Source: Candidatus Hydrogenedentota bacterium (GTDB lineage: Bacteria; Hydrogenedentota; Hydrogenedentia; Hydrogenedentales; SLHB01). Taken from it: a DNA stretch of 64,000 bases. This document shows positions 20,594-30,650 of the stretch, piece by piece; within the stretch, counting starts at the first letter, position 1, and every line of letters begins with the position of its first letter. The translations under genes were made by a program, and so were the position numbers. The stretch is from NCBI GenBank assembly GCA_019695095.1, contig JAIBAQ010000010.1, positions 7,845-71,844 of the forward strand, read 5' to 3'. The notes beneath the pieces are model-generated. The model did no database searches. It was not told the DNA's origin and saw only the letters and a program-made list of their open reading frames with translations.

Positions 20594-20809
20594 CACCAAG
20601 CCCCTTGCCCTGGCGGGCGATTTCCCTGCGTCGGAAATTGGCCAACGCGATATTCCCCAAAACGCACCAAAATACCGCGAAGGTTAGGAGATGTGTGGCG
20701 GAAGGCCCCGTGTCCTAACGGGATTTTATGTTAGCACAGGTGTGCTTCGATTTCAACGCAGAAAATCGCCAGAAACACAAATGATTGCGGTGGTTGGCAG
20801 AAAAAGGCC

Positions 20810-21874
20810 CTACATCTGGGACGTCAGACGCTCGGCACTTTGACGAGACGGTGGCGTGGGGGTAACGGTGTCCACCAAGCTCTTGCGGACACGGAAGCTG
20901 CGCCCTTGATACTCAATGTAGTAGTAGTCGTCCTCTTCGACAACCTTTTCGGCCTGCTGTACAGCGCCGCGTTTGAATTTGACTTGGAATTTCTGTTTTG
21001 GCTCTTCCTTCCGCACTACCGCGACCTGCTTGATGTCTTTCTCCGCGGAGGGGAGTTTGGCCTTCAAAAACGACCGATTCAGGTAGCTCGCATCGACCCC
21101 GTTCTTGGAGTACTGTTTCGAGAACCCAAGAACCTTCTTGACGTAATTTTGCGTTTCTTCAAAGGGAGGAATCCCGCCCCACTTCTTAACGTTTTCAGGG
21201 CCGGCGTTATAGCCCGCCAAGGCGTTGACCGGGTCGTTGTCGAACAACTCAAGCAGTTTGGCGATGTATTGAGTGCCGCCGGCGATATTTTCGGCGGGGT
21301 CGTGGATGTTCTTAACGCCCATATCTTCCGCTGTGGAAGGCATGAGCTGCATCAGACCACGCGCCCCTTTTGGAGACACTGCGTTCGGATTGCCGTTACT
21401 CTCGACTTTGATGATGGCGTAGATGAGCGATTCGTCGACGTTGTACTGGCCGGCATAGCGCCGCACGAGTTCGCCGATATCAGAGGTAGAGTAAGACTCA
21501 GGGGTAGCGCGGTTCCGGAAGCGTTCAGGAATTACAACAGGATCGTATTCCAGGGTGATTTCATTGTATCCGGCCCGATTGCGGTATTTTTCGGGGCGGT
21601 TGGTGAGGATCGTAACGCCCTTCTTGCTTTGAAAAGCACCAAACCCCTGCTTTCGCACTGAGGCCTCGCGCCGCTCTCGAAGCAATCGTTGGCGCAACTC
21701 TGATTGACGCGAAGCGCGCCGCTCTTCGCTGGCAGTGATGGTTGAGGTACTGAACGCCTGGGTGCCGGCAAAGGGCACCATAATGATGACACAAAGCACC
21801 ACGGCAAGAATCCGCGGCTCCAGGCACAGACGACCAAACCTACCCCATCCGTGCGAGTGAGATCGGGTTTTCAT
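20810..21874 (-). CDS. Soluble lytic transglycosylase (SLT domain)
   Basis: IIKVESNGNPNAVSPKGARGLMQLMP, LAGYNAGP, IPPFEETQNYV. Start uncertain; the ORF-track extension to 22126 looks non-coding. Confidence 0.9.
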   Translation of the reverse strand: MKTRSHSHGWGRFGRLCLEPRILAVVLCVIIMVPFAGTQAFSTSTITASEERRASRQSELRQRLLRERREASVRKQGFGAFQSKKGVTILTNRPEKYRNRAGYNEITLEYDPVVIPERFRNRATPESYSTSDIGELVRRYAGQYNVDESLIYAIIKVESNGNPNAVSPKGARGLMQLMPSTAEDMGVKNIHDPAENIAGGTQYIAKLLELFDNDPVNALAGYNAGPENVKKWGGIPPFEETQNYVKKVLGFSKQYSKNGVDASYLNRSFLKAKLPSAEKDIKQVAVVRKEEPKQKFQVKFKRGAVQQAEKVVEEDDYYYIEYQGRSFRVRKSLVDTVTPTPPSRQSAERLTSQM

Positions 21875-22370
21875 GTCAAGAGTATACCGAAATGCCCTGC
21901 CTCTTGCAAGAGGCTGTTTCTTCCCCAACGAACGTTCGTCAACATGGGACCGGACGTTTCCCCCGGTCGACCCGAGTGCAAAAACACTCCATCTGCCGAA
22001 AAACTTCCTAGAAGGATTGGGGCACGTTATTGATGCACGTATTGCTGCTGGTGAAGTCCTGAATTGCACGGCCGCGCGCGTCTCGGCGTAGAATATCCGG
22101 CCTTGTATTCCTAACTTGATGGGCACGCAGCAGAGAATTTGACTCTGTCGCCGACAATAATTAACCTCTTTGCGGAATGTGCAAGGGCTACTGGGGTTGT
22201 TAGTAGGTGAGGCGGGAGGCGATCCCTATCCGCTCACAGACGACACACGTGCTTTTTATGCTATTCACTTTTCGTTTTTGGGGACGATTTCAAATCCCGT
22301 GTCCCCCTGGCAGAGTAGGCAGAACGCCACGAGTTTATCGTGTGCTGACTATATTTGGGAGAACGTGCTC

Positions 22371-23375
22371 GTGGCAATTGAACGCGTTGTGCTCGCGAAT
22401 CCGAGAGGATTCTGCGCGGGAGTTGTACGGGCTGTCGACATAGTTGAGCAAGTACTGGACCTCGTGGACTCGCCCATTTATGTCTTTCACGAGATTGTTC
22501 ATAACGTGCATGTTGTCGATAGATTGCGCGCGCGCGGGGCGGTGTTTGTCGAAAGTATCGCTGATATTCCCGAGGGGGCTGTCTGCGTTTTCAGCGCTCA
22601 CGGCATCTCCCCCGAGGTTCGCAATGAAGCGAATGAGAAGGGGCTACGCGTAATCGACGCGACCTGTCCGCTCGTAACGAAAGTGCATCTGGAAGTTATT
22701 CGTTACGCAAAGGCAGGCTATTCCATCGTTCTGATTGGGCATGCGGGGCACGAAGAAGTTGAAGGTACGATGGGCGAAGCGCCCATGCATCTAGTAAGTA
22801 CCGTTTCAGATGTGGAATCACTCGCCGTGGAGAATGCGGAGAAGCTTATTTACCTTACGCAGACGACGCTGAGTCTGGATGACACAGCTCGAATTGTGGA
22901 GGCACTGAGAGCGAAGTTCCCCTCGATACAGTCTCCGCCGAAGGACGATATATGTTACGCCACGCAGAACCGCCAGAATTCCGTGAAGGAGCTGGCGGCC
23001 AAAGTGGATGTTGTATTGGTTACCGGTTCGCAGAACAGTTCGAATTCGCAGCGGCTTTGTGAAGTGGCCGCGAGCGTTGGCGTGTCGGCGTACCTTATTA
23101 ACGATGAAACTGAAATCCGGAGCGAGTGGTTTGAAGGCAAGCGCGTCGTTGGCGTGACGGCAGGCGCGTCGGCCCCGGAAGACTGTGTGCGCCGGATACT
23201 TGACCATCTCAAGACTTTGGGAGCAGCGGTAGTTGAAGAGCTGCGAACGGCCACCGAGAAGGTTCATTTCTCGATGCCTCGCGAATTTTTTGCACTCGTG
23301 GAGTCGTTGCGACACACGGCTCCCGGTACAACGCAGCAGAGCATGGTGCCGAGTCCCAGCGCAATGAATCAGTAA
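22371..23375 (+). CDS. ispH: 4-hydroxy-3-methylbut-2-enyl diphosphate reductase
   Basis: LANPRGFCAGV, DATCPLVTKVH, ICYATQNRQ (three Fe-S Cys), SSNSQRL, GVTAGASAPE; GTG start after GGGAG. Confidence 0.97.
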   Translation: MAIERVVLANPRGFCAGVVRAVDIVEQVLDLVDSPIYVFHEIVHNVHVVDRLRARGAVFVESIADIPEGAVCVFSAHGISPEVRNEANEKGLRVIDATCPLVTKVHLEVIRYAKAGYSIVLIGHAGHEEVEGTMGEAPMHLVSTVSDVESLAVENAEKLIYLTQTTLSLDDTARIVEALRAKFPSIQSPPKDDICYATQNRQNSVKELAAKVDVVLVTGSQNSSNSQRLCEVAASVGVSAYLINDETEIRSEWFEGKRVVGVTAGASAPEDCVRRILDHLKTLGAAVVEELRTATEKVHFSMPREFFALVESLRHTAPGTTQQSMVPSPSAMNQ

Positions 23376-23451
23376 CAAGCTGCGCCGGCACCGTTACGGC
23401 GGAAGAGGTAACGGCGGCGCGATAATTGCCGGGTAGGAAAGGTAGGAGAAA

Positions 23452-25386
23452 TTGGCCGTAACAGCAGCGAATCAAATGGGCTCCGCGTTGCTCCCATTGG
23501 GAGACACAATTAACGCGGGCGTGAAAACGGCTATTGAGGCTACGCAGGCTTTTCTGTTGAGCCAACAGCATGCCGACGGTCACTGGTGCGCCGAACTTGA
23601 AGGCGACACGATCCTCGAATCCGAGTACATCCTGACGATGCACTACATCGGGCGCACCCAAGAAGACCGGGTGCGCAAGGCTGCCAATTATCTACGCAGG
23701 CAGGCGCTGCGTGAGGGAGGCTGGAGCATCTATCCGGACGGGCCTGCTGATGTCAGCGCTTCGGCCAAGGCGTATTTCACGTTAAAACTCCTCGGGGACA
23801 GCGAGAACGCGCCTCACATGGTGAAGGCGCGGGAGGTCATTCGGAAGCTTGGCGGACTCGATGCCACGAATAGTTTCACGCGGCTCTATCTGGCCATCTT
23901 CGGTCAATATCCGTGGGAGAAGTGCCCCGCCGTGCCTCCCGAGATTCTGCTTCTTCCATCCGTTGCACCGATCAATCTCTACGAGATGTCGTCATGGAGC
24001 CGTGGAATAGTCGTACCGCTGTCGGTGATCTGGGCCTACAAACCGTACTGTCCAGTTCCCGAGCACGCCAACATTCCCGAACTCATGGTCGAGAACCCGA
24101 ATGAGCCGACTCGGCAGACGGGCATGTGGCCCGCATTCTTCATGGCCATTGACTCAACGCTCAAGGCCGTGGAAAGCTCGCGGATAACGCCTATGCGCGC
24201 CAAGGCCTTGCGCGCCTGTGAAAAGTGGATGATAGAACACTTCGAGCAGAGCGACGGCATTGGGGCGATTTTCCCGCCCATAATCAACAGCATTATTGCG
24301 CTGCGCTGCCTGGGATATCCGAATGAGCATCCGCTGACGCAGTCGCAGATTCGCGAATTGGAGAAACTGGAAATCGAGGAAGGCGAAACCCTTCGCGTGC
24401 AACCTTGTTTTTCTCCGGTGTGGGACACGGCCTACGTGCTTCATGCGTTCGTGGAATCCGGAATGGATCGAAGCCACCCGGAGTTGTTGAAGGCCTCCGA
24501 TTGGCTACTTGCAAAAGAGGTTCGGAAACCGGGGGACTGGAAACTTAAGAACCCCAATGCGAAACCGGGCGGCTGGTACTTCGAGTATGCCAACGAGTTC
24601 TATCCCGATTTGGACGACACTTTCGAAGTGCTTACGACGCTTCGCCAAATCCACTATCCCGATTCGGCAAATGAACAGCGGAAGCAAGCGGCACTGAAGC
24701 GTGGCCTGGACTGGGCGCTCTCGATGCAGAACGTGGACGGCGGCTGGGGCGCATTCGATCGGGGCTGCGACAAGGAATACCTGACGCAAATTCCGTTTGC
24801 GGATCACAATGCGATGATCGATCCCAGCACAAGCGATATCACAGCGCGCGGAATCGAGGCGTTGGTTACCATGGGGTACTCCAGAAATCACCCTGTGATG
24901 CAGCGGGCATTGGAGTTTGTCCGAAACCAGCAGGAAGCGGATGGCACATGGTTTGGACGCTGGGGCGTCAACTACATTTACGGTACGTGGCTCGCTTTGT
25001 GCGGCTTGCGCGCGGCTGGCGAAGACATGACGAGCGCGAACATTCAACGCGCCGCAAAGTGGCTTCGGACGGTTCAGAACAGCGATGGCGGTTGGGGCGA
25101 GTCGCCTCGAAGCTACGACGACCCCTCGCAAAAAGGCAAGGGCGTCAGCACCGCCTCACAGACAGCCTGGGCGCTCATGGGACTCATGGCGACGGGCGAC
25201 TACACGTCGCCGAGCGTGCTGAAAGGAATTACGTATCTTCTGGAGACTCAGAATGCCGATGGAACATGGCACGAGGATCAGTGGACCGGGACTGGATTTC
25301 CGCGGGTGTTTTACCTGCACTACCACTATTATGCAATCTACTTCCCGTTGATTGCGCTAGGTAAGTTCCGAAAATTTCATTCCTAG
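23452..25386 (+). CDS. shc: Squalene-hopene cyclase
   Basis: Catalytic DXDD (YPDLDDT), several QW repeats (QNVDGGWG, QEADGTW, QNSDGGWGE), SPVWDT, GRWGVNYIYGT, GTGFPRVFYLHY. Confidence 0.97.
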   Translation: MAVTAANQMGSALLPLGDTINAGVKTAIEATQAFLLSQQHADGHWCAELEGDTILESEYILTMHYIGRTQEDRVRKAANYLRRQALREGGWSIYPDGPADVSASAKAYFTLKLLGDSENAPHMVKAREVIRKLGGLDATNSFTRLYLAIFGQYPWEKCPAVPPEILLLPSVAPINLYEMSSWSRGIVVPLSVIWAYKPYCPVPEHANIPELMVENPNEPTRQTGMWPAFFMAIDSTLKAVESSRITPMRAKALRACEKWMIEHFEQSDGIGAIFPPIINSIIALRCLGYPNEHPLTQSQIRELEKLEIEEGETLRVQPCFSPVWDTAYVLHAFVESGMDRSHPELLKASDWLLAKEVRKPGDWKLKNPNAKPGGWYFEYANEFYPDLDDTFEVLTTLRQIHYPDSANEQRKQAALKRGLDWALSMQNVDGGWGAFDRGCDKEYLTQIPFADHNAMIDPSTSDITARGIEALVTMGYSRNHPVMQRALEFVRNQQEADGTWFGRWGVNYIYGTWLALCGLRAAGEDMTSANIQRAAKWLRTVQNSDGGWGESPRSYDDPSQKGKGVSTASQTAWALMGLMATGDYTSPSVLKGITYLLETQNADGTWHEDQWTGTGFPRVFYLHYHYYAIYFPLIALGKFRKFHS

Positions 25387-25537
25387 TCAGCAATTTGCAG
25401 GACTTTAAGGTTATGCCATGAGGATTTCTCGCGAACACGCTCTGTCTTTGGAGAGCAGCTTTGCTTTTCGCCACAAGTCTCGTAAGCACACTGGTTACGA
25501 GATAGGCTCAAGTGTGTTCGTGAGAAATCCGGGCTAG
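25383..25537 (+). mobile_element. MITE-like repeat, copy A (155 bp, 5' hairpin partly deleted)
   Basis: CTAG at both ends, the left one containing the shc stop; 17-bp outer stem 25422-25438/25514-25530; inner stem TCTCGTAA/TTACGAGA. Confidence 0.8.
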
Positions 25538-25595
25538 AGCGAGCGTTGAGAATTGAACGAGTAGTACTTCAAAGAGAACGGACTTTAAGAGAATC

Positions 25596-26597
25596 ATGCG
25601 ATTTCCACTACATATCACGATGGACTCCATCAAGCACCAGGTTCGAAACGCGCTCAAAGGCAATAAGCGCTATCCCATGGTGATGATGCTGGAACCACTG
25701 TACACGTGCAATTTGGCGTGTATCGGTTGTTCGACCGAACGGCATACTGGCAAGCTCAAGGACCGCGTCGCACTCGACTCATGTTTTCAGGCGCTGGATG
25801 ATTGCGGCGCGCCTATCGTGTCGATCTGCGGGGGTGAACCGACTCTCTATCCAGAGTTGAAAGAGCTGATTGAGGGTATCGTGGCGCGCAAACGCCACAT
25901 CTACTTGTGCACAAACGCAATCTGCCTCGCCGATAAGGTCTACGGGAAGATTGCGCCCCACAAGCGCCTTACCGTGAATATTCATCTTGACGGCATGCGC
26001 GAAACCCACGACATGGTGTGTGCGCGGAAGGGCGTATTCGACAACGCGATCGAGATGCTGAAGGAAGGTAAACGCCTCGGCTATCACATGTACACCAACA
26101 CGACCGTCTACCGCGAAACGGAGATGGCTGAGGTGGAAGAGTTATGCCGGGTATGTACCGAGGCGGGCGTGGACGGCATGTTGATAGCGCCGGGCTATCA
26201 TTACGAGACAGTCGAGAAGGATATCTTCCTCACACGCCGCGAAATCAACGAGAAGTTCGCCAAAGTGATGGAGCTTTCCAAGCGGTACCGGCTAAGTTCC
26301 ACGCCCATGTACCTGGAATTCGCGGCAGGCATGCGCAGCTACAACTGTTCGCCGTGGAGTACGGTTACGTTCACCCCGAAAGGCTGGAAAGGCCCCTGCT
26401 ACCTCTTGGGCAAGCAGTTCTTCGAGACGTGGCAGGAATTCTGGACTACAATGGATTGGGCCTATTGGGAATCGCGAGAAGACCGCGCCTGTCAGAACTG
26501 CATGATGCACAGCGGGTTCGAGGCCTCGGCGGTCTTCGAACTCAAGAACAGCCCGAAGGACATGCTGAGGATGGCAGCCTGGAATCTCCTCGGCTAA
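25596..26597 (+). CDS. hpnH: Adenosyl-hopene transferase, radical SAM
   Basis: MLEPLYTCNLACIGC (CxxxCxxC), VSICGGEP, HLDG, C-terminal GWKGPCYLL...CQNCMMHSGFE; follows shc. Confidence 0.93.
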   Translation: MRFPLHITMDSIKHQVRNALKGNKRYPMVMMLEPLYTCNLACIGCSTERHTGKLKDRVALDSCFQALDDCGAPIVSICGGEPTLYPELKELIEGIVARKRHIYLCTNAICLADKVYGKIAPHKRLTVNIHLDGMRETHDMVCARKGVFDNAIEMLKEGKRLGYHMYTNTTVYRETEMAEVEELCRVCTEAGVDGMLIAPGYHYETVEKDIFLTRREINEKFAKVMELSKRYRLSSTPMYLEFAAGMRSYNCSPWSTVTFTPKGWKGPCYLLGKQFFETWQEFWTTMDWAYWESREDRACQNCMMHSGFEASAVFELKNSPKDMLRMAAWNLLG

Positions 26598-26615
26598 CCG
26601 AGAGTAGATTTAACG

Positions 26616-27353
26616 TTGAGCAGTAACAAGGCGACAAGCGCCAAGACTTGGTGCATCGCCGCGGCGATGCCGGGCGAGATCGCAGCAGTACAGCGCCTTG
26701 CATTGCCCAACATTTCGTACCTGATTACGGGTGTGGGCACACGCAATGCCGAGCGCGCAGCGTTGCAGGCCATTTCTCAATCGTCGTTCGACGCGCTTCT
26801 CCACATCGGTTTTGCAGGGGCGTTATCCCCCGCGCTAGCCGTAGGTGACATTCTGTTCGCGAATGCCGTCGCAGGCCCGCACGAGGTCCGCATCGACTTA
26901 GGGTCGCCTCGAGTCGCGGAGAAGACACATATTGGCGGTGTGAACGTGCGAGTGGGTACGTTTGTGACTCGTGATCGCGTCCTCACGACGAGTCAGGATA
27001 AGCGTGAAGTCGCCGCGACATTGCGACAAGGTTCCTTGGGGTGCGCCGACATGGAGTCTGCGCCCGTCGCGCGCATATGTGCGGAACACGGTATTTCCTA
27101 CATGGGCCTTCGGTGTATCACCGATACGCTCGACGAGGACTTGCCGCTCGACCTCAATGCCTGCCGGGATCAAAGCGGCAATATCGCCACGGGGCGGGTG
27201 ATTTGGGCGCTTGCGCGCAAACCGACTGCGTTACCGGGACTCATGGAACTCCGTCGGCGAGCGCACAGTTGCGCAGCCATCCTGGCGCGCGTCATCTCAG
27301 AGTTGCTTAAGCCATTGCCGAGCGGAGAAACAGACCTGGGCAATCGAGCATAA
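26616..27353 (+). CDS. hpnG: Hopanoid-associated nucleoside phosphorylase
   Basis: PNP/MTA-phosphorylase fold motifs TGVG, IGFAGAL, ADMESA, RCITD; directly after hpnH. Confidence 0.8.
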   Translation: MSSNKATSAKTWCIAAAMPGEIAAVQRLALPNISYLITGVGTRNAERAALQAISQSSFDALLHIGFAGALSPALAVGDILFANAVAGPHEVRIDLGSPRVAEKTHIGGVNVRVGTFVTRDRVLTTSQDKREVAATLRQGSLGCADMESAPVARICAEHGISYMGLRCITDTLDEDLPLDLNACRDQSGNIATGRVIWALARKPTALPGLMELRRRAHSCAAILARVISELLKPLPSGETDLGNRA

Positions 27354-27408
27354 TGCGGCGCGTTCGGTGGGGCCGGTATTACTTGACCCGAGACGAAAGG
27401 AACGGAGA

Positions 27409-28209
27409 ATGAGACGCCTCGAATCGTGGCAAGGTAAGGTTACAGTCATCACCGGCGCGTCCAGCGGAATCGGTCGACTTCTCGCCATCCACGCCGCCAA
27501 AGCGGGGGCGCTTGTCGTATTGGTGGCGCGCAATGAGGAGCGGCTGACTGCGGTTTCCAGCGAAATCCAAGCGACCGGAGGAAAGGCCGACGTGGTCATT
27601 TGCGACGTATCCGATCGCGATGCGGTCTTTCGGGCAGCGCAAGCCATTCTCGAACGACACGGCCGCGTTGATGTGCTGCTTAATAACGCCGGATATGGCC
27701 GCCATCTACGCTTTGCCGAATGGGACCTTAACGACATAGAGCGCATGGTCCAAGTGAATCTTCTGGGCGCCATCTTCTGGACCAAAGCGTTGCTTCCTCA
27801 CATGCTTGATCGCGGTTCTGGGTGGCTGGTGTTTGTTGCCTCGGTCGCAGGCAAGCTTGGCGTGCCCGACGAAAGTGTCTATTGCGCGACCAAATTCGCG
27901 ATGATCGGGATGGCCGAGTCGATATCGATCGAGGTTGAGGATGCAGGAATACACGTGCTGACGGTGTGTCCCGGCGCAATCGATACCGAGTTCTTCTCTG
28001 AAGAAATGCTCCGCCGAATGCCTCCTGTCGCGAAGAAGAACATGATCAGACCTGAGAGGCTGGTCGCTGAAATCATGAATGCGCTCGCAAAAGGCAAACG
28101 CGAAATCACCGTGCCACGCTCTATCGCCGCGGGCTATATCGCGCGCACGCTCTTCCCTCGATTCACGCGAGCAATGGTTAAGCGGGTGGCTCTCCGGCCG
28201 GTTGAATAA
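27409..28209 (+). CDS. Classical SDR oxidoreductase, probably NADP(H)-dependent
   Basis: TGASSGIG, VARN (Arg implies NADPH), NNAG, SVAG, YCATK; AGG/GGAG RBS before ATG 27409. Confidence 0.92.
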   Translation: MRRLESWQGKVTVITGASSGIGRLLAIHAAKAGALVVLVARNEERLTAVSSEIQATGGKADVVICDVSDRDAVFRAAQAILERHGRVDVLLNNAGYGRHLRFAEWDLNDIERMVQVNLLGAIFWTKALLPHMLDRGSGWLVFVASVAGKLGVPDESVYCATKFAMIGMAESISIEVEDAGIHVLTVCPGAIDTEFFSEEMLRRMPPVAKKNMIRPERLVAEIMNALAKGKREITVPRSIAAGYIARTLFPRFTRAMVKRVALRPVE

Positions 28210-28221
28210 GCAGAATTAGTT

Positions 28222-28279
28222 GGAAAACAGGGACAGAATCGTCTCCGCTTCGCTGCGCTTGTGTCAGTCCCTGTTTTCC
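28222..28279. terminator. Inverted repeat between convergent genes (terminator or REP-like)
   Basis: Perfect 13-bp inverted repeat GGAAAACAGGGAC / GTCCCTGTTTTCC with a 32-nt spacer. Confidence 0.5.
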
Positions 28280-28338
28280 GCCGCTGCTGACTCTTCCTAG
28301 GGTCAACCAATATGTTGACTTAATTACGATTCACTACT

Positions 28339-29664
28339 CTAGCGGGCGCCTCCGCAGCACTTTTTGAATTTACGTCCGCTGCCACACGGACAAGGATCGT
28401 TTGGTCCCGCGCCTTGCTTGCCCGACATTTGCAGATCGCGCTGTGCGGCGAATCGGCGAACGTTAGCCGGAGGACGGCTCATCCGAAGTTCGTTTGCCAT
28501 GAATTGCATATAGGGCGCGATGTGCGTGAAGAAGTGCTTGTAGCCGGCGCACAGATAGTTCAGCCCAGACTCACCGTCGGGGGTCTTGATGAACCGGTGT
28601 TTTGGGCACTCGCCGTGACACACAAACCGCACGTCGCAGGAACGGCAGTATTGCGGAAGGGCGTCGGCCTTGTCGTTACCGAACTGCTTCTGTTGTTCGG
28701 AGTCAACCAACGCGCGAATACCTTGCTCCATGATGTTCCCAAGGCGGTTTTCGGGGTAGACAAAGTGATCGCAAGAGTAGAGGTCGCCGTTGTGTTCCAA
28801 TGCCATAGCCGTGCCGCACCGTTCGGCGAACACACATAGGCTTGGGTCATAGCCCACCCATGCCTCCAGGGCCACGTCGAAGATTTGCACGAACGTTTCA
28901 CCTACGTCGTTGCGGACCCATTCGTCAAAGACAGCGGACAGGAACTTGCCGTATTGCAGGGGCTCTACCGACCATCGAGAGACCGTGGCCTTGTCAGGGT
29001 AATCGGGCGATACAAGAACGAGTTGATCCTCGTCGGTAACTTCTGCGATGCGTTCCACAATCGGAATGAACTGTATGAAACCGCTGCCGACACTTTTTAA
29101 GAATCGGTAGACTTCGAGCGGATGATACGAGTTCTTGCGGTTCACACACGTGAGGGTATTGAATTCGACTCGATGCTTCTTGAGCGTGTCAATTCCGCGC
29201 AGCACTTTGTCGAATGTCCCGCGTCCACCTTTGTCGCGCCGATACGCATCGTGCAATTCCTGCGGACCATCAATGGAAATACCCACAAGGAAACCGTTCT
29301 GTGCGAGAAACTCCCCCCAGCGATCATCGAGCAAGATGCCATTGGTCTGGAAGGCATTATTGATTCGTTTACCGTTTGCATATCGTTTCTGCAACTCGAC
29401 GGCGCGCTCGAAGAAACCAACTCCCAGGATGGTCGGTTCACCACCCTGCCACGCAAACTGAATTTCGGGGACATCCTGAGCTTCAATGTACTGCTGGATA
29501 TATGATTCGAGCGTATCGTCGGACATTGCCCATCCCGAATCATTGGGATAGAGCTTCTCCTTTTCGAGATAGAAGCAGTATGTGCAATCGAGATTACAGA
29601 TCGGTCCCGTAGGCTTGGTCATCACGTGGAATGCGGATGAGACCCTTCTGGACTCTGCAGACAT
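28339..29664 (-). CDS. Anaerobic sulfatase-maturating radical SAM/SPASM enzyme with C-terminal SEC-C motif
   Basis: KPTGPICNLDCTYCFY, WQGGEPT, SPASM Cys (CVFAERCG, YSCDH, CRSC, CHGECPK), GPNDPCPCGSGRKFKKCC. Confidence 0.95.
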   Translation of the reverse strand: MSAESRRVSSAFHVMTKPTGPICNLDCTYCFYLEKEKLYPNDSGWAMSDDTLESYIQQYIEAQDVPEIQFAWQGGEPTILGVGFFERAVELQKRYANGKRINNAFQTNGILLDDRWGEFLAQNGFLVGISIDGPQELHDAYRRDKGGRGTFDKVLRGIDTLKKHRVEFNTLTCVNRKNSYHPLEVYRFLKSVGSGFIQFIPIVERIAEVTDEDQLVLVSPDYPDKATVSRWSVEPLQYGKFLSAVFDEWVRNDVGETFVQIFDVALEAWVGYDPSLCVFAERCGTAMALEHNGDLYSCDHFVYPENRLGNIMEQGIRALVDSEQQKQFGNDKADALPQYCRSCDVRFVCHGECPKHRFIKTPDGESGLNYLCAGYKHFFTHIAPYMQFMANELRMSRPPANVRRFAAQRDLQMSGKQGAGPNDPCPCGSGRKFKKCCGGAR

Positions 29665-29822
29665 TGAGTTTCCTCACTCGTCGTTCTCCCTGGCATCCGG
29701 GAGTCTACCGTGCAGCATAGCAGAGAACTGCCCTCTATTGACGAGTGCATGGGAAGGGGCTAGACTGCTCCTGGACGTAATACTTGCCTAACGCGACTCG
29801 GCTGTTAGGGTATGGGGGACTG

Positions 29823-30269
29823 ATGAGCTTGAGGTTCTTTGCCCGAATCGCAATTGTTGCGTTGTGTTTGGGTGTTCTTGGCTGCATCATTCCTGTCCCC
29901 ATTCCGGGGAAAGAAAAGGTCTCAGACGAGCTTTTCGGACGAGTCATTGATGCCCAAACCAAGGCGCCGATTGAAGGGGTCAAGGTGCGGGTCGTGGGCT
30001 ACTCAGACTCAGACTCTGAAGCTAGGAAGGCGCACCGTCCCGAGACTACCACTGACCGAGACGGAAAGTTCCATCTACCCGCCGATCAGCACTTCTACCT
30101 CGTGAGCTTCCATACGCCCTGCCCCATCTATCACTTTCCGCCCACGGGAGAACACTCGTCTACTCTACTTCTGACACATCCAGACTACGAGACTCGACGT
30201 GTCAGTTCATTTGAGTACGCGCCAAGCGGGCAAAGGGACTTCGACATAGAGCTTGCACCGGTGCAGTAA
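29823..30269 (+). CDS. Hypothetical lipoprotein with carboxypeptidase-regulatory-like domain
   Basis: Lipobox VLGC; GRVIDAQTKAPIEGVKV...TTTDRDGKF pattern. Confidence 0.65.
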   Translation: MSLRFFARIAIVALCLGVLGCIIPVPIPGKEKVSDELFGRVIDAQTKAPIEGVKVRVVGYSDSDSEARKAHRPETTTDRDGKFHLPADQHFYLVSFHTPCPIYHFPPTGEHSSTLLLTHPDYETRRVSSFEYAPSGQRDFDIELAPVQ

Positions 30270-30650
30270 ATGTGACCTGCCTGTTTCACGATATATCCAG
30301 AGGTGTTGCACCTTCAATGGTAACCGTATTTCTTGAGCACCTCGCGCGTAGCCGCATGATTTGTCACCGAGATGCTCAATGCTCCCCCCGGAAACGTTTT
30401 TTGTATCCGCCGGTATTATTCCACAGGTGAGTTCTGCTTTGAATAGCCTGAAGGTATTCTACCGCGCTGCTATGCCGAATTGCTCTGTCTTGCACGGACG
30501 TGGGAAAACAGGTGTAATATGCGCTCCTGATTTTAATTCTTGACTGTCTATGCGACTCTGCGGCCGGGTCAATCCGAGGGAATGCTGGGTGTGCATTTCC
30601 AGGCTGAGAGCTTTCGATTACTGCAACTTTCTTCCGAAGGGCCTTGCGGA

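Noticed and set aside
21875-22370. N-terminal ORF extensions of the transglycosylase and ispH, or an ncRNA in this ~500-bp gap
   Set aside because: The extensions look non-coding and no known RNA motif was recognised; treated as a divergent promoter region.
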